A DNA stretch of 64,000 nt from Cystobasidiomycetes sp. EMM_F5 (Eukaryota). This document shows positions 22,819-44,315 of the stretch, one piece after another. Position 1 is the first letter of the stretch. Each line of letters opens with the position of its first letter. A program made the translations under genes and the position numbers. The stretch is from NCBI GenBank assembly GCA_051047955.1, contig JBPGPT010000009.1:434001-498000 (forward strand), read 5' to 3'. The notes under the pieces were generated by a model. That model did not search any database and was not told the DNA's origin. It saw only the letters and a list, made by a program, of their open reading frames with translations.

Positions 22819-25131
22819 TCAGCCCATTTCTAGCAAGCTCTCAATTGCCGCCTCTACGTCCTCGCCATGGCTCAGCAGCACAATCTCGAGCGTCTCACGG
22901 TCTATTCCCGGGAATATGCTGACTAGTGTATCAATCTTGGCATTTGACGATGTCTGATGGTTGCGTTCCGCTTGCGCTTGCACCTGCTCAGGTGACATTG
23001 AATCGTCTACATAGTCTGCTTCGTTGAAGCCTGGACGACTGGGCGTCCCTGATGGCGGTACTGTCACCGTTTGCTGGTCCTGTGATGTCGAATAGCCTCT
23101 GCGTCCTCGTGGCGAGGTCACAGATCGCGTACTTCCACCACTACGCTGTCGAACGGGAGCTCGCACAAGACCTGGATAAGGTGCACCATGCCCAGGCTGT
23201 TGACCACCCGACTGCGCGGTATGAGGAGCACCATGTGCCGGCACGCCAGCAATAAGGTCAGTCTCACTGCCCATTTCGTTAAAAATCTTTCCGAGCGCTT
23301 GCAGAGGCTTGCTGACAGTCTTGGAAAGGTTGTCTGTTGACCGTGCGAAAAAGTCTCGTGTCGCTTCGGCTGGGCTGACCGACCGGACCGGACCAAATCT
23401 GGGTGCGGAAAGCAGTGACGGCGAGGAAGCCTCATCCTCTGTAGCTGGACCATGCGGTGTTGCCGCTCTACTGCTGGATGCGCTATGTTGACCCCTTTCG
23501 CTTCGGCCATGATCTGCAAACTCTTCAGACGAACGCCCAGCTGTTTCGGCAGGCAACGCCGCAATGGCTCGCTCGACGTTTGTCGCAAACTCCTCTTCTG
23601 TTATGTTGGACAAGGAGGATCCAGCAAGTGTCTCGACAAACGATATCGCTCCGTTTAGGGATGACAGATAGTATCCGTTTTCGCCAGCCAGGCGATCGGG
23701 ATTTCGAAAGCGTTGTATATATTGGACGTTGGAGATGAGGTGCGGTGGATTGGAACGAAGGACGACCAGGATTAGAAAGGGAATAAAGGTGTCTGCACCA
23801 TCTTCAGTGCCTAGATGCCGCATTAGGCCAAAGATGACTTTACAGCAGTTCAATATGCAGATCAACTTGTCGCGCGGTGCCTTGTAATTGTTGACTTTGA
23901 GCAACTCTTGTCTAGCAAAATCGAGAAAACTGTCACTATCGTCTAGCTTCGGGAGATCGAGATGGCTCTCGTTGATCCAGCCAAACAGGCGGATACGCTG
24001 GGACAGGACGTGATCTCTTTCTAGATCGTCCGTCTGCGTTGATGCTTGCGCTGTTGGTGTAAGAGCTGGGATAAATGTCCTGATGGGGAGACAGCCGTCA
24101 TCATCGGTTGTAGTATTACACAGAGTGAATGCCAACGTACAGATGGTACACCCTGTTCATGACTAGCTTCTCCATCGCTTCAACGGCGTTATCGAATTCC
24201 CTATCCGAAGCATCCTTCCATACTTCGTTTTCACGCATCTTGACTGCGATGAACTGTACGAACACGCTCAGTATTATTCTTTTCAAGTGTCATGAGACCA
24301 ACGCACGTCCAGATAGTCGTTTATGACACGTATCTGCTCGTTGACATTCCATGTCCGCTTGCTAAACTCCTTCAAGAAGCTTCTTAGGTACTTTGCTATC
24401 GGTTCTGCCTGCCTGGCGCGCATCTGTTCGAGAAACAGGTTGAAGTCGAATGGATGGGCATCGGCGTTGTCCTCACTCCTAGTGTCGTTCGTGTCGTTCC
24501 CGTCGTGCTGTGCAGAGTCGGAAACCCCAGACGACGCTGGCATGGCTGGCATGGCCGATTTCTCGCTGTCGTCAATCTTGGAAAACAAGGCATCCTTTGG
24601 CTCTCGCATGGGTACAAGCAGAGGTGGAGCGGAAGGTGCCGCTGAATTGCGCTTGGATGCAGAAGGCGTTGCGACCCTGGAGATTGAAGGGCTGGTGCTT
24701 GGAGACGCATACTGTTCTCGCTTCTTAAACGCTGCTGCGATATTGCCCAGAATGGAGGTGGTGGTGGATTGCGATGGCGTGGATGTTGCATTGGTAGTAG
24801 ACTCCTTCACGGAGGCAACAGACTTTTCCGGAACAGGCGGTCCAGAAGTCTTGTCGGGCGATGATGGAATGACGGCAGATTGCCCTGTCAGAACGGGCTT
24901 TCGAGTAACGTCTGGACTGCTATCCACGGGAGGAGGAGGAGGAGGAGGAGTGCTAGATGTCGGTCTGAAAGGGTCGAAGTCATCAAACTGCTCGGTTATC
25001 TTTGTCGCGGACGATGATGACGGCGGCTCTGCAGCTGGCGAGTTTGGTCTGTAGCCCTTGGACGGCTGGTCTGCCCATACATCGTTGGTGTCATCCTGCA
25101 GCTCATCGTGCTCGTCGCTTCCACGGGCCAT
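22819..25131 (-). CDS. VPS9: Vps9 Rab5 GEF with C-terminal CUE domain
   Basis: FDFNLFLEQMR, YKAPRDKLICILNCCKVIFGL, GADTFIPFLI, SNVQYIQRFRNP, GYYLSSL and the CUE-like TLVSIFPGIDRETLEIVL. Confidence 0.96.
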
Positions 25132-25444
25132 TGCAAAACATGGCCTATGATCTTGCTCGCTGGTGCATTATCAGAGTCATACGCAAGGCAACCTGTTCAA
25201 AAGAATGAAAACCATCTCTGCTCTCCCCAATAGACTCTACGCCCTTTCACTACTTTCAAGCATCCATTTCCCAACATCTTGCTTGCCTGACATTCGCTAA
25301 AAGCTTACCCAACCTACTGCCGGGTTTACGGTTCTCCTGCAGGTTCCTGTCCGGGTCACACGGCTTGGCGAGCCAAACTAACGTACACGGCTGTGACGGC
25401 AGAGTGTCCTTCTTGACCGCGCTCCCATTCGTCCAGACTCTGCA

Positions 25445-27206
25445 ATGTCGGCTGATGCAACTAATCCGCACAACTACGAGGGCCCTCGCTCCCTGGTTCT
25501 GTTTCTGGACGGGACTGCAAACGAGTACAATGCAAGCAACACGGTGCGCTTGCATTTTCCCGACCACCGTGACGTCGGCTCAGTCTTCAGCAGAACGTCG
25601 TCAAGCTCCTGCAACTCCTAGACAAGAACGCACCTCAGCAGCTCACATACTACCAACCGGGAATAGGGACATACGCCGTAAACGTCAATCCTCTCTCCCG
25701 CGTAACGGCGTGGTTTGCAAAGACCATTGATCTGGGGGTGGCATGGCAAGCCGGACTTGCACTTAGCATATAGACCTGCATCTCACCCCTTCGCCGTAGG
25801 TACTTTGGTCAACATGTCACCTCTGCCTATCAGTTCATCATGGATAACTGGCGAGAAAGGGGACAAGATTGTATTGTGTATGAACGACATTCTCCCAATG
25901 CGTTGCGAACCCCTGACATTATGTATTGTGCAGTTGGGTTCAGCCGCGGCGCTTACAGTACGTCAGACCTTTGCTCATTTACTCTTACATTGACTTCTAG
26001 CCATGTAGCCGCCAGAGCCCTGGCGGGTATGCTCGAGAAGATTGGCCTCTTGCCACGAGGCAACATTGACGAGTTGCAGCTCGCATTCAAGCTGTATGCC
26101 AGGCAAGATGCCGAATCAGTCCGTCTTGCCAGCAACTACAAGGCCCAGTGGTGTCGACAAGTCAGCGTGGAGTTTGTAGGCGTCTGGGACACCGTCAGTA
26201 GCGTCGGAGCAATCGTCTCACGACACTTTCCCTACGTAAGTCCGACTATGTGATATACGTTTCAGACTCACTCCTGTGTATGCAGGCCGGACACGCCGAT
26301 ACCATCAAGAACTTCCGCCACGCTATAAGCTTGGACGAACATCGTGCGAGGGTGGGTGCGCATTCTCCTACACTCAAAGTAGACTAACAGGTGCATCACG
26401 CAGTTTCGGCAAAATCGCTGGCAGGCACCTCATTTCCTCCGCCAGGGCCCTGAGAATCCGGGTTATACTGAAGATCAAGACTACGATTCGTCGAGCCCTA
26501 CTCCGGCACTGGTCCTGCAGAGCCAGAGCAACACGAACAACGGCCACGTGGTAGCTTCAGCAGCTACGAACGTCGAGGAGGTATACTTCGCTGGCACGCA
26601 CTGCGGTGTTGGAGGTTCAGACTACAAGGATGCAGAATCGCTGCAGCTATCCAACATTACTCTGTACGTGTAAACGTATTTATACAAATATTCCGACTGA
26701 AAGCTCAAGATTTGTTCCGGACAGACACTGGATGATTCGAAAGATAGAGCAGAACGGGAATACCGGAATCGTGTTTGCCCAGGACCGGCTTGCGACATTC
26801 ATCACAGACTTTGAAAATCAGGCAACTTCAGAGAATGGCATACACTACAACCGGAACTCGAGCGCTGCAATTATTGATCGGTTACTTGATCCAAAACGGC
26901 CTTTCGTTTCTGCAGCATGGTGGCTGCTAGAAATCTTTCCTTTTCCTTTGCGTAAGCGCAATTACCGACAGAATAAGTGGTCGACCACTTTTGTGTGCGT
27001 GTTACTTTGCTGCTGGCCTTTCAAACAAAAGCTAACGACCCCCTTTGCACGCACCATTCAGTCCGCATTTCGCAAGACCAAGACAGGTATCAGCCGGATC
27101 TAGGGTACATTACAGCGTCCAGCATAAGCAGGCCCTCTTTGGCTACAGCACGCGCGCTAAATTCCTCGGTGAGGTGCAGTACGTGTCGACTGAGGACATT
27201 GTGTGA
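25445..27206 (+). CDS. DUF2235 / Tle1-like alpha-beta hydrolase, many short exons
   Basis: Spliced reading gives LVLFLDGTANEY..NVVKL..QLTYYQPGIGT, GFSRGAY, VGVWDTVSSVG, FRHAISLDEHR and EVYFAGTHCGVGG. Confidence 0.88.
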
Positions 27207-27315
27207 AATGCAGAGATAAGGGGGCATGCATGGGGATGTTGTTTAGGGTACTGCAGAACCGCGGATCGGTTGTGACTATGCTATCGGCAAATATGCTCGA
27301 TGAGAATTCATTACT

Positions 27316-29967
27316 TCACCAAGCAGGTTCCGAGCCATGTATGTACGAGCCGTACTCGGTCGCCATAGGCACATCTTGCAGGGCCGCATTCCACCAATCT
27401 GTGGTTGGATCAAACGTTGCCCAATTTGGGAGGTCCATCGTGTATCCCGTCTGAAGCGGAGGCATGGACGTTTGCTGCATTGAATCGGGCAGAAAGCCCA
27501 GATTGCCCATAAGAGCGTACATCTCCTTGTTTATCGGATCAGAAAGCGGAGTGTTGGGAGCACTCGTCCGGATGAAGGAACCCATTGATAGGGTGAAGCT
27601 GGCCTCCTTTGATACACGGATAGCCGTTCGCTTGAAGACTTCAGCAAAGTCTTCGGGCGGCTGCCCGCAATTCCTTCGTTGCCGGCGTTCCGCAACGTGT
27701 TCAGACAATGCAGTCAGCATCAGTCGTCCTTTCAATCCGATCTCCTTGATGGCAGAGCTGCTCGATGCTTCGGCTTGCGTGAAGGCGTTGCCTGCTGCAG
27801 ACATCCGCGACAATTTCGCAGCAACTTCGATCTCTACACCCGTGTCGATATCATGAAAAACGTCCGTGTAGAGGGTAAGAACTGCAGGGAGTATGTCGGC
27901 ATACATGAAACCTGAGGGTATGCAATTTTTCATCAGCGCCCATGACGTCCTCTTCGTAGTGTGATGTGTTGCTTACGTTGCGCGTTCTGTGGGATATTTA
28001 TTGTCGTGACAACGCGAGCGAGCTCGAGAATCTTGAAGGCGGAGTCGACGACGGCCTTGATAGCGTAGCTGTATTTAGCATCCTTGTAAGCCCGTAGAGA
28101 GAACACGCGGAACAATCGAAGTCTCCTGGTCTCGAATGTCAAGCCCGTAAGGATCCATCTGTACCCAAATTGAGTGTGCTTCTTGGCATGGTCACCGCAT
28201 GCATGTAATTGCGCCGATCCCTCCTGACTCTTCGTATCAAGATCCACTAGATTCTCGTAATATTCGTCGATATTTTCATGCGCCGATACGGGTCCCAGAT
28301 CGGCGAGCCGCCTTACATAGTCTGAGATGACACTCTTTACCGCAATAATTTCCCCTTCGCCTCCGCTACCTAAAGCTCGAGGCTCGCGAAGTACAGGCCC
28401 TTCCTCAATATCGGCATCGGAGAAGTTGCGCGGGCGCGCGGTAGTGAACGATCCAGCTTGAATCAAGTACTTTCTGCCGGCTGCATAGGATAGTAGCCAA
28501 TCAAATCCGACCACTTGCCTAGCCACTACCGATCAGCTTGGACCTTGCAATTCTTAGGATCGGACTTACCACCAAATCCTTACAGCCAATTCCCTTGCAA
28601 GCAGCGTGTTACTTGGCAGCGTGCGGTCTAGTGGAGGCATGAAGCTGGGATCAGATCCCAATTGATCGAACTTCAATAGCTGTATTCTGCACATCAGCCC
28701 CTTTTTCAAGGTGTGAATGACGACTAGACTCACTTGCGCCGTTTTGATAGCCATGCCGTGGTACACACTGGCAGACGGATCGGGCATCTCCAACCACATG
28801 AGAATAACAAGACTTTGTAGCACTCGTACTTGAGGTTTACGTTCGGCACGAGCAAGCTGTTGGAAACGAGATCGTTAGCAAGCCCCCGATTCTGAAGGTA
28901 TGGATTACCAACGTCTAGGCAGGCCTTTGCAATGTGGTACATCTCCTCCGACGAGTCATCCGACGTCATCGTACGGAACCGGCTGCCAAAAGCGAGTACG
29001 CAGGCATAAATGGCGAGCCATGCTGGATCTATGCAGGCGCGATTCGGGGTGGGCAGATAGTTCCAATAGGCTTGGCATTCGCGCATAAAAGTGGGCGGAT
29101 GTACGGCATATGTCGCCCAAGAGAATTGCATTATAAAATGATCAATGACCGGTCGCGCGCGTGCAGCTGGGATCGTTTGCTCAATCGCTTCTACGAGCTT
29201 GCCAGGCGTACACGACAGCAAGGAAGCCAGGCGAGGGAGCTGTCCATAGGGACTCGTCCACTGCATATCAAGAATGGACTCTCGAGCAAACTGCTCCAAG
29301 GAAGAGCCGCTCTGCGTAATCGCCTGGTCAAAGCCTCTCGTTGTACTGCTCACTGCGAGATCTTCCAAAGCGAGAGCTGCGTTCTCAGCCGCATCTTCAT
29401 GGAGAACAGCAGGCACATGTACACCCCTGCTGTTTTGTTCTGGCGAAGTACGTCCGGACTGCTGCGATGTGCAGTTTAAGCTGACTGGTGTCGGAACAGG
29501 CGGCGTCGGCGTGTGCTGATGCAAATGCAGAGACTTGATATTGAGGGATTCTTCTATGCGAGCTAGCCGATCCTCGACGCTTGCTCGATAGGCATCAAAA
29601 GCAGATTCGGGCAGGTATCGAGTCCTGCAATGATGATAACTTAATCAGCATTTGAGCACGGCGTTGTCAGCCAACAGCCTCTCTCACGGAGGTGGTTGAG
29701 TGACTACGTCCGCCCAGTGACAAGTCTGTAACACATGGTCAGAACAGCGTATACGAATAGATACTGAACGCTCAGTACATCAGCAGACCCGCGTCCTACG
29801 CAAGCTGTACAGGGAAACGTCCTCGAGCATTTGATCTTGCGCAGCTTGCACGCCGTACAGCTGAGTACTGCACGTCGCCGTCGCTTCTTTGGCATTGGAT
29901 CGCCATTCTCGGTGCCCTCCGGAAAGCTGTCATCGATGTCATCTGCGTCGTACGATTGGTCTTCCAT
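27316..29967 (-). CDS. Zn(II)2Cys6 transcription factor with middle-homology region
   Basis: KKRRRRAVLSCTACKLRKIKCSRTFPCTACVGRG, with downstream VHPPTFMREC, IDPAWLA and LLARELAVRIW. Confidence 0.9.
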
Positions 29968-30451
29968 GTTTGCAGCAGCCAATACAAGATGCTCAGACTC
30001 GCATTTTAGCTGTCATCATCGAAACCTGCCGCGTCGGTGTTCGGCCAACTTGCGTCAAGTACCCATGTACATAATCGGACCTCGGACGGATTTAGGGATC
30101 CATGAAATGGTGAAACATGCTGCTACGCTGCACTGATCTACCATTGCGGCACTCTACATGACTACATCTACGCTTCGCCGGTGCAGCCCGTCACGACAAT
30201 CACGAAACTTCAGTGTAGTAAGCAAGTCAATATTGAATATTAATGTCTTTCAGGCTGCTGGCTTCGCATTTGCTACCACACTTCGTCTCAATGCGATGCT
30301 AAATAACCAAGCGCATGTTTTATACGGAAGGTTTCGCAACTGCAGTAATGAGATCAGGTGGCTGAACGGCTCTCCTGTGAATGGGGCGAAGGCTACAGCC
30401 AGAGACTTTTCGACCGATGCGGCCATTCATCAAATTGGCAGAAGTTCGCAT

Positions 30452-33305
30452 TTACATATTGTTGACGAATTCGTCAAAGTTGACGGTCGAGAAGAAGTCA
30501 AAATCGTAGGCTGAAGTTGAGGTAGCGAGAGACGGGGGCATCTCCCAGTATGAACTTGATTTACTGGCTGCATCTTGCTGCGGATAGCCATTTACCTGGC
30601 CCTGTGGTTCAAGGAGCCCAAGAGACGCTAATATGCTTCGGGTCGACTCGTCATTCAGCCAGGTAGGGGTTGTCGCGGTGCTGGACTCCCCGCCACCGTT
30701 TGAGCTCATGCTAAACGTAGCAGAAGGTGTGTCGGATTCTTTCACGTCGGACGCCACTCGTCTGAATATTAAGCCATAGTCGTCGCCTCGCCCGGAGCCT
30801 TTTGTTTGACGACGCGCAATTTTGGCAGCGTCCAGTGCTTGAATGAGCAATCTGCCACGTCTGCCCATCTGCGAGGTGGATGTCAGTATGCAAGAAACTA
30901 GCTACGGAGGTTGGCATGGAACTTACTTGAACGATTTGCTGATAGGGGCTTTTCTCAAGATTCTTAAACATGTACAGCATTGACGGAATATCGGCAAGTT
31001 TCAGATCGCTCTGCTCGTTAGGAACAGAAGTATCTGCGTCATGCAAAACGTCAATGTAAAGCGCTAGAATAGCTGTCATCGCGTCTGTGCACGGCAGCAT
31101 CGATGGCGTGCGGTTAGTTAGTCATTTGCTGACATGACCTCGTGAAAGACGATACGTACGACGGTGAAGAAACCAAATAGCCGACGTGGGAGCATCGAGT
31201 TCCGCTAGTTTTCTGACGGCTGCCATGATTGCTTGAGCGCACTCTACGCAAGTTCGAGTCGACAGTAGAAAGCGAGCATCTCGGTAGCCACGCGTCATCA
31301 AAGGACGGTGCAGTCGCAGCCGTCGTGTGTTAATGCCCGAGAGACCGACATATTGGCGCCAACTGACCGACTCTGGCCAAAATGCTCCAATTTTGCCGGC
31401 AGTCATAGCTCGCAAGCTGTTGAGCATTTTGGCGTCTAAATCATTGACGCGGGCATAGTACTGATCGAGTTCTTGACCACCCGCTGGTGGAGACCCAAGA
31501 TCAACCATTTCTCGCACAAACTGACGAGCAGGAGTATAAAGAGTTGCGCAAAATATGGTTTTTGAAAATCACAGCAGACTCACCTCTGCGGTTATGCCCT
31601 TTGCATAGTGTATAGTGGAATCTGTGCTGCAAGCGGAAGCGGAAAACAGAATAAATAGCAGTCTATCTCTTTGCTGGAGCAGCTCTACTCACAAAACGCC
31701 AAGCGGTTCTGGCTTTGCATCCCAGGAGCCCGTCAGTAGCGTCTCTGTCTTGAAATTCTTTGGGCCACACGTAGTGAACATGTGTGGTGAGATGGAGTAG
31801 AAGTGGGTCATAGTAGCCCCAATCCAATCTTGAGTGAGCAGGTCCCAGAATACGCGGCAACACAATTCCCTGGCCAATAGACTACCGCTTGGGACGGAGA
31901 TGTCCTCTCTTGGCATCGTTGAGGGATCGGAGCCAAGCTTGTTGATGCCAATGGCCTGCGTCACACTACCGTCAACGGGGCGACAGCGTAAGATGCAATC
32001 AGCATACCATTGCAGTCCTAGTCGCTTCTGCGAGGTAAGTATAACCGCTAGATACTAGATTGAAGTGATCGCGTTAATAATCTCCCGTCCAAATGTGCAA
32101 GGATAGCAAGGACAGCTTACGGTCGTTTCGCGCATTGTTGTACATGCTGAGACAGAACAGCGTCTGAACGGCACGGAGAGACGGCTTTCGTCTCCAGTCA
32201 GAGAGCTACGCGTAACTGCATCAGTAAAAAACCCTTGCGATGGACCACGTTATAAGTCGAACAAGTCACCTCTAGCCCATAACGGGACAACTCATAAAAA
32301 TCTTCTGCTTCGAGACGGCCTGGATTTGTGAGACCGGGTATGGGGAAAAGCACTGCTTGAGCTAGTGCAGCACAATACAATCCCAGCCACGTTGGATCAA
32401 AGGTCCGTTCACCGATAGCGGCTCGTTGCCAGAATGCGCGATGTTCCATTATGAAGAGTTCTTGACACATGGACCCGTTGACCCAGCCAATAGAATTGAA
32501 GTAACCATGCACGAGCTCGATGCTCCAGTCGCTGTTGCAGCAGTAACGCATTCAGCGATCTCGACCGCCAAGTATATGACAATTCCTTACTAGCTCTGTA
32601 TATAGGACAATACTGCTTCTACGTAGACTCTGAGAGTCGGCGGTGCTAGCGTAGGTATACGAGCATAGGTCCGCTGCGAGAGTGGATCTTCTGATACAAC
32701 GACCGAGTTGTAAGTGAATTGATCCAGAGAGAATTCTCGACCTCGGATGATTGGCTGCGTTGCCTTAAGGACGGGCTTGGTCATGTCACCGCCTGCTAGG
32801 ACTTCGAGAGCGTGTGCAGCTCCTTCTGCCTCGTCGCCTTCCAGCATGCCAGAAGCTGGGGAGGGTGCATCTCCGTTCGAGTGGCTATTGTTGGCGACGG
32901 CTTCGAGGAGAGCTCTCTTTGCAACAGCTGCGGATGTCGTGGTAATTGGCACATTGAGCAGGACTTCGAGATGTGCCAGGCGAGATTCGAGGTTTGCGCG
33001 GACACTCTCCGCAACGCTGCTCAGTTCAAACACCTGAGCCGGAGGTTGGACGGCTGCTTCTGCCCAGCGACACGAGTCTGCGGCTCCCCGCTTCAGGCAA
33101 TTCTCGCACGGTATCTGGCGGCTGCACTTGATCTTTCTGCATGGTAGTCTCCACTTCAGCTCAAAGTCTCGCTGACGTTCATTTCACCGCACCTCGCTTT
33201 ACAATTTGTACAGCTCAGAATCGCCCTGTTGCGCTTCCGCTTCTTGCGAGCAACAGCATCCTCTCCGTCTGGTCCAGGCGAGCCATTGTCGTCGATGGTG
33301 GACAT
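30452..33305 (-). CDS. Zn(II)2Cys6 transcription factor, tandem paralog of the neighbouring gene
   Basis: Spliced KKRKRNRAILSCTNCKAR|KIKCSRQIPCENCLKRGAADSC, then FDPTWLG, LLARELCCRVFWDL and RRLRLHRP. Confidence 0.9.
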
Positions 33306-33767
33306 TGTGTGGATTATCGCAAGTCTACGCCGAGCTCTGAGCCGAGACTTAAGGACAGACTCACAACAATCTCAGTGTTTGAAATGGATGCTCTAATGAT
33401 GTTCTATAGTCTTACAGAGCTTGCAATTGCATACACTACTACTGATAATATGCCTTCACAGCTGACATCAGACTTGACGCGACGGAGGTCGTCTTTGTGG
33501 CAAATACCCCAGCAGGAATGCTAAATTGACGATGGGCAGGGCTGCCGCTCCAAGCACAACTTTATCAAGTTATGCGTCCATCGTCATGACAGCATTCCCG
33601 CGTAAAGTATGCTCTGGAATGCTGGGCGCTGAACCCACTGGCAATCGCGTTCCTTCGGGTCGAAAGACAAAACAGGTCGTGTTTTGTAAACAAGCAATAC
33701 CATACCGCGTCACACTCTTCAGCTTTAATCTTGCCTCTGCACTGATCCTGACTTCGCCCAAGCCGCC

Positions 33768-35055
33768 ATGATGGCTAATAATGCAGACCGCGAAACGTTT
33801 CAAACGTACAATGACCGCATGTCGGGTCTACACTGGGTAGAGCCGACTTCACCAGAGGGTGGTCCAGATTTCATCGTCTACACATCATCACCTAGACGAA
33901 AGACGTTGCCTGCACTGCCAAACACTCCTCCATCGGTACCTCGACTACCTCCCCAGTTCAGCCTGCCTAAAACACCGCCAGAAGTTGCTCGCCAACGCGT
34001 GTCATTCATGCCAGAACAGGCCAGATTGCGCCCCAAAGGCCCTTCGGCAATCCGAAAGCCCACTTTGGGACGCGACTCGGCCTACTACGCTGGTATTCCC
34101 GCCAGCAAAAGCAAGCGAAATGTAACGACCGAAGAACGCGAATTTGGGTGGGCTGGCAGTGCTCGGCATTTTCGAAAGTCGAGGGTCGCTCCTGCGCATA
34201 GCCAGGCTTCAATCCCGCCGTTCGGTAAGAGCAGCGCATACGTTGTTTTTGCTATCCATACTCATCTATGTAATACATAGCACCGGCGAACCTCCCTGCC
34301 TCGCCAACGAGCGATGACTCAGAGTACAGCGCCAACATTCTCTCTGGCTATGACGGCAGTGAAGATGGCAAGACGGCAGCCATTCCATCGAATACGACTG
34401 ATATTGACAGCATGCCAGCATGGTGGATGAGATTTCTCCGCAAAGTAATGAAGAAGAGTAGAGTAAAGTCCGACACAATGTCACGCAGCGACAGTGGCTG
34501 CAGCGTGTCGACCTCTTCCAGCCTGAGAGTAGACGACATCACCATGACCGATGACGACTTTACGCGCCCAGTCAACGAAGAGGAAGTTAGGGCTTTTCGC
34601 GCCGCTCGAGACAAGTTCCTCAAGCAGCGGCAGTATCGAGGAAGTATATTTTACGATGAAATGTCGGGAGTTGCCAAAATTCCTTTGTATGCCGCTCCGA
34701 AATCTGCAAACATGACTGCCGCACCTGCCCTGTCCTGTAAGCAAGCTCTATGTGCCGTGATTGTTATGGGTTTAGCTGATGCGAGGATGCGTCTACAGCT
34801 TTCGCACCCATCGCACCGCTCGGCGCGAAGCAAGAGGAGACACATCGTCTCTCTGTTTTCCCGACGGCACACATCAAAGACGGTAAAGCGTTAGCTCAAG
34901 CCATCGCGACCGTCAATGCCGACGGCAACATCATCGAAATTAGGCGAAACAAAAGACAGTCCATTTTCGTACGGGCGGATGCGCCAATGCGATTTTCGAG
35001 ATTTTTAGACATCGAAGAAAGCAATGTTGACAGGTCGAGTGGATTTGCATACTAG
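33768..35055 (+). CDS. Hypothetical protein (Pro/Ser/basic, probably disordered), 3 exons
   Basis: ORFs 33768-34280 and 34412-34894 plus a terminal exon can be linked by GTAAG...AG introns to a TAG at 35053-35055. No recognisable domain. Confidence 0.6.
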
Positions 35056-35271
35056 GGGTAGGGAGAGTAGTAGGGCTATTGCGGGATGGAGCTTATGGGC
35101 AGCTTAGTTTAATTTAATTAGTGCGGCCATTGTGTTTATGTTTTGTCGGTTTACGGTCGTCGTCTGTCTGTCTGACCTGGGTGTTTCGCTGCGAGAACTC
35201 CAACGGGATGCCATCATGATTGCTGTCTGCAGCGTACCTTGCCTGACATACACCTCCATTGATTCGAGGCC

Positions 35272-36600
35272 ATGAATGACGAAACAGCCAAGCTTCCGGA
35301 GCTCCAGATTGTCGCAGCCTTTCATGTCAAGGCTCGAAAGGCTCTGGCGGATTGCAAGTCGGACGGCCTCATCGATGAAGACTTTATAGCGACAGCTACG
35401 GCGGAAGAGCTTCAGGTGCTGGGCCCGAGCCTGACTTTGTTTTTTGCGTGAGTCGGTAATCACGACGAAAGAAGGCCATCAAATGATTAAACTGTGTATC
35501 GGACACGCAGCGCCGTGGAGAATACAACAAACCCCCCGTCTGTCCAGATTCCTGCAGTTGAGAATTATTCTACCACCGTACTCTCCATAAGTACCTGTCC
35601 CGTCCCGTTACTGCCGTTATTCCGCCGCTGGCAACAAGCAGTGGAGCCCCTGCAAGCTCTGTCATTGGACAATCAGCACGATGTAGCACGCTTAATATGT
35701 GATCTGGAACCTGTCAACACTCCCGTTCGGACGAGCATGATTCGCGTCGCAGCGGATTTACAACAGATCGCCATTCAATTGGCACAGCGGGAGACTTACC
35801 TGCAACGATACGCAAGCGACCTGCAGGTAGGGTTAGGCAGTCCGAACCTGGACGAACGGGCGCAGCCGCCCCCGACATACAGTCGTCCTGATGCGCCGCC
35901 GTCCTCGTCTAATCCAACAAATACCAGTGGACGACCTCTCCCGATTCCACCTGCATCTCCTGCAAGCATACCCATTACCGAAGATCCTGGTATGATGGCG
36001 GTCCGCGAAACCTTGTACGCTGCTTTGGCAGACGTGCTGTATTCAACACCATCAATCGGCTCAGTGCTGCGGACAGATCCCCCTAGAGGGTACTTCACAG
36101 CCGTGGCCTTAGCGATTCAGCAAGTAGCATTGACGAACCTGACACCAGATGGCAACCGTATCCGTATAGTTGGTTCTGGACATCGTCGGAATGCCTCTTT
36201 CGGGGTTGATGATGCCCCGGAACCGTTGCGCGTCTTTGCGCAAGAGATCATAAAGCTGGGAGCCATCCTCAAGGAGCTTCAGGCCAAGGATGATGAGCAC
36301 GCAATTCATTTGGCAGTTGAAGGCCTCGAGCCCGGGACATCACCAACGAATATGGAACTTCTGCAGTCAGAGTTGGAGCATGGTGCCGATAGCAACCATG
36401 AGCAAGACGGGGTACAGGTTGCTGAAATCCGATCTATTGCCAATCATATCGGAAGGATTGCGCTCGGTACGTTGACGCAACGGCTTGCTGTAGTTTGCAG
36501 CTGACGAATCTTCAACAACGCAGCCGTGACCCGCTTACCCGGCTTCCGAGATCGCAGTGGGGTCTTTGAGATACTGTTGGGCGTTATGCGGACACAATAA
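35272..36600 (+). CDS. Hypothetical protein
   Basis: Exon MNDETAKLPEL...GPSLTLFFA splices to the 336-aa ORF 35494-36504 and a short last exon ending at TAA 36600. No recognisable domain. Confidence 0.75.
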
Positions 36601-36823
36601 GGCTATGAAGTATACTTCACAAACCGGATTTGTGCGCGAGCGTCATATCACCATAGTAGCGCGCGTTCATCGTTTCGACACGCTATGCTGCATCTTGGAA
36701 AACATATTCTGGTGTCTTCACAGCGTAATACTATAGTATCGACCAAGATACGGCCTGCTCAAACAACGCCTGACACAATAACTGTGGGTGTTGACTGCTA
36801 TCACTTCACTGACACTAATCTGC

Positions 36824-44315
<7,492 letters not shown>

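Noticed and set aside
24928..24950. GGA microsatellite
   Set aside because: It encodes a poly-Pro run in Vps9.
24323..25054. Long antisense ORFs here and at 39220-39834, 42057-42647 and 13817-14491
   Set aside because: They are shadows of real coding exons on the opposite strand and carry no motifs of their own.
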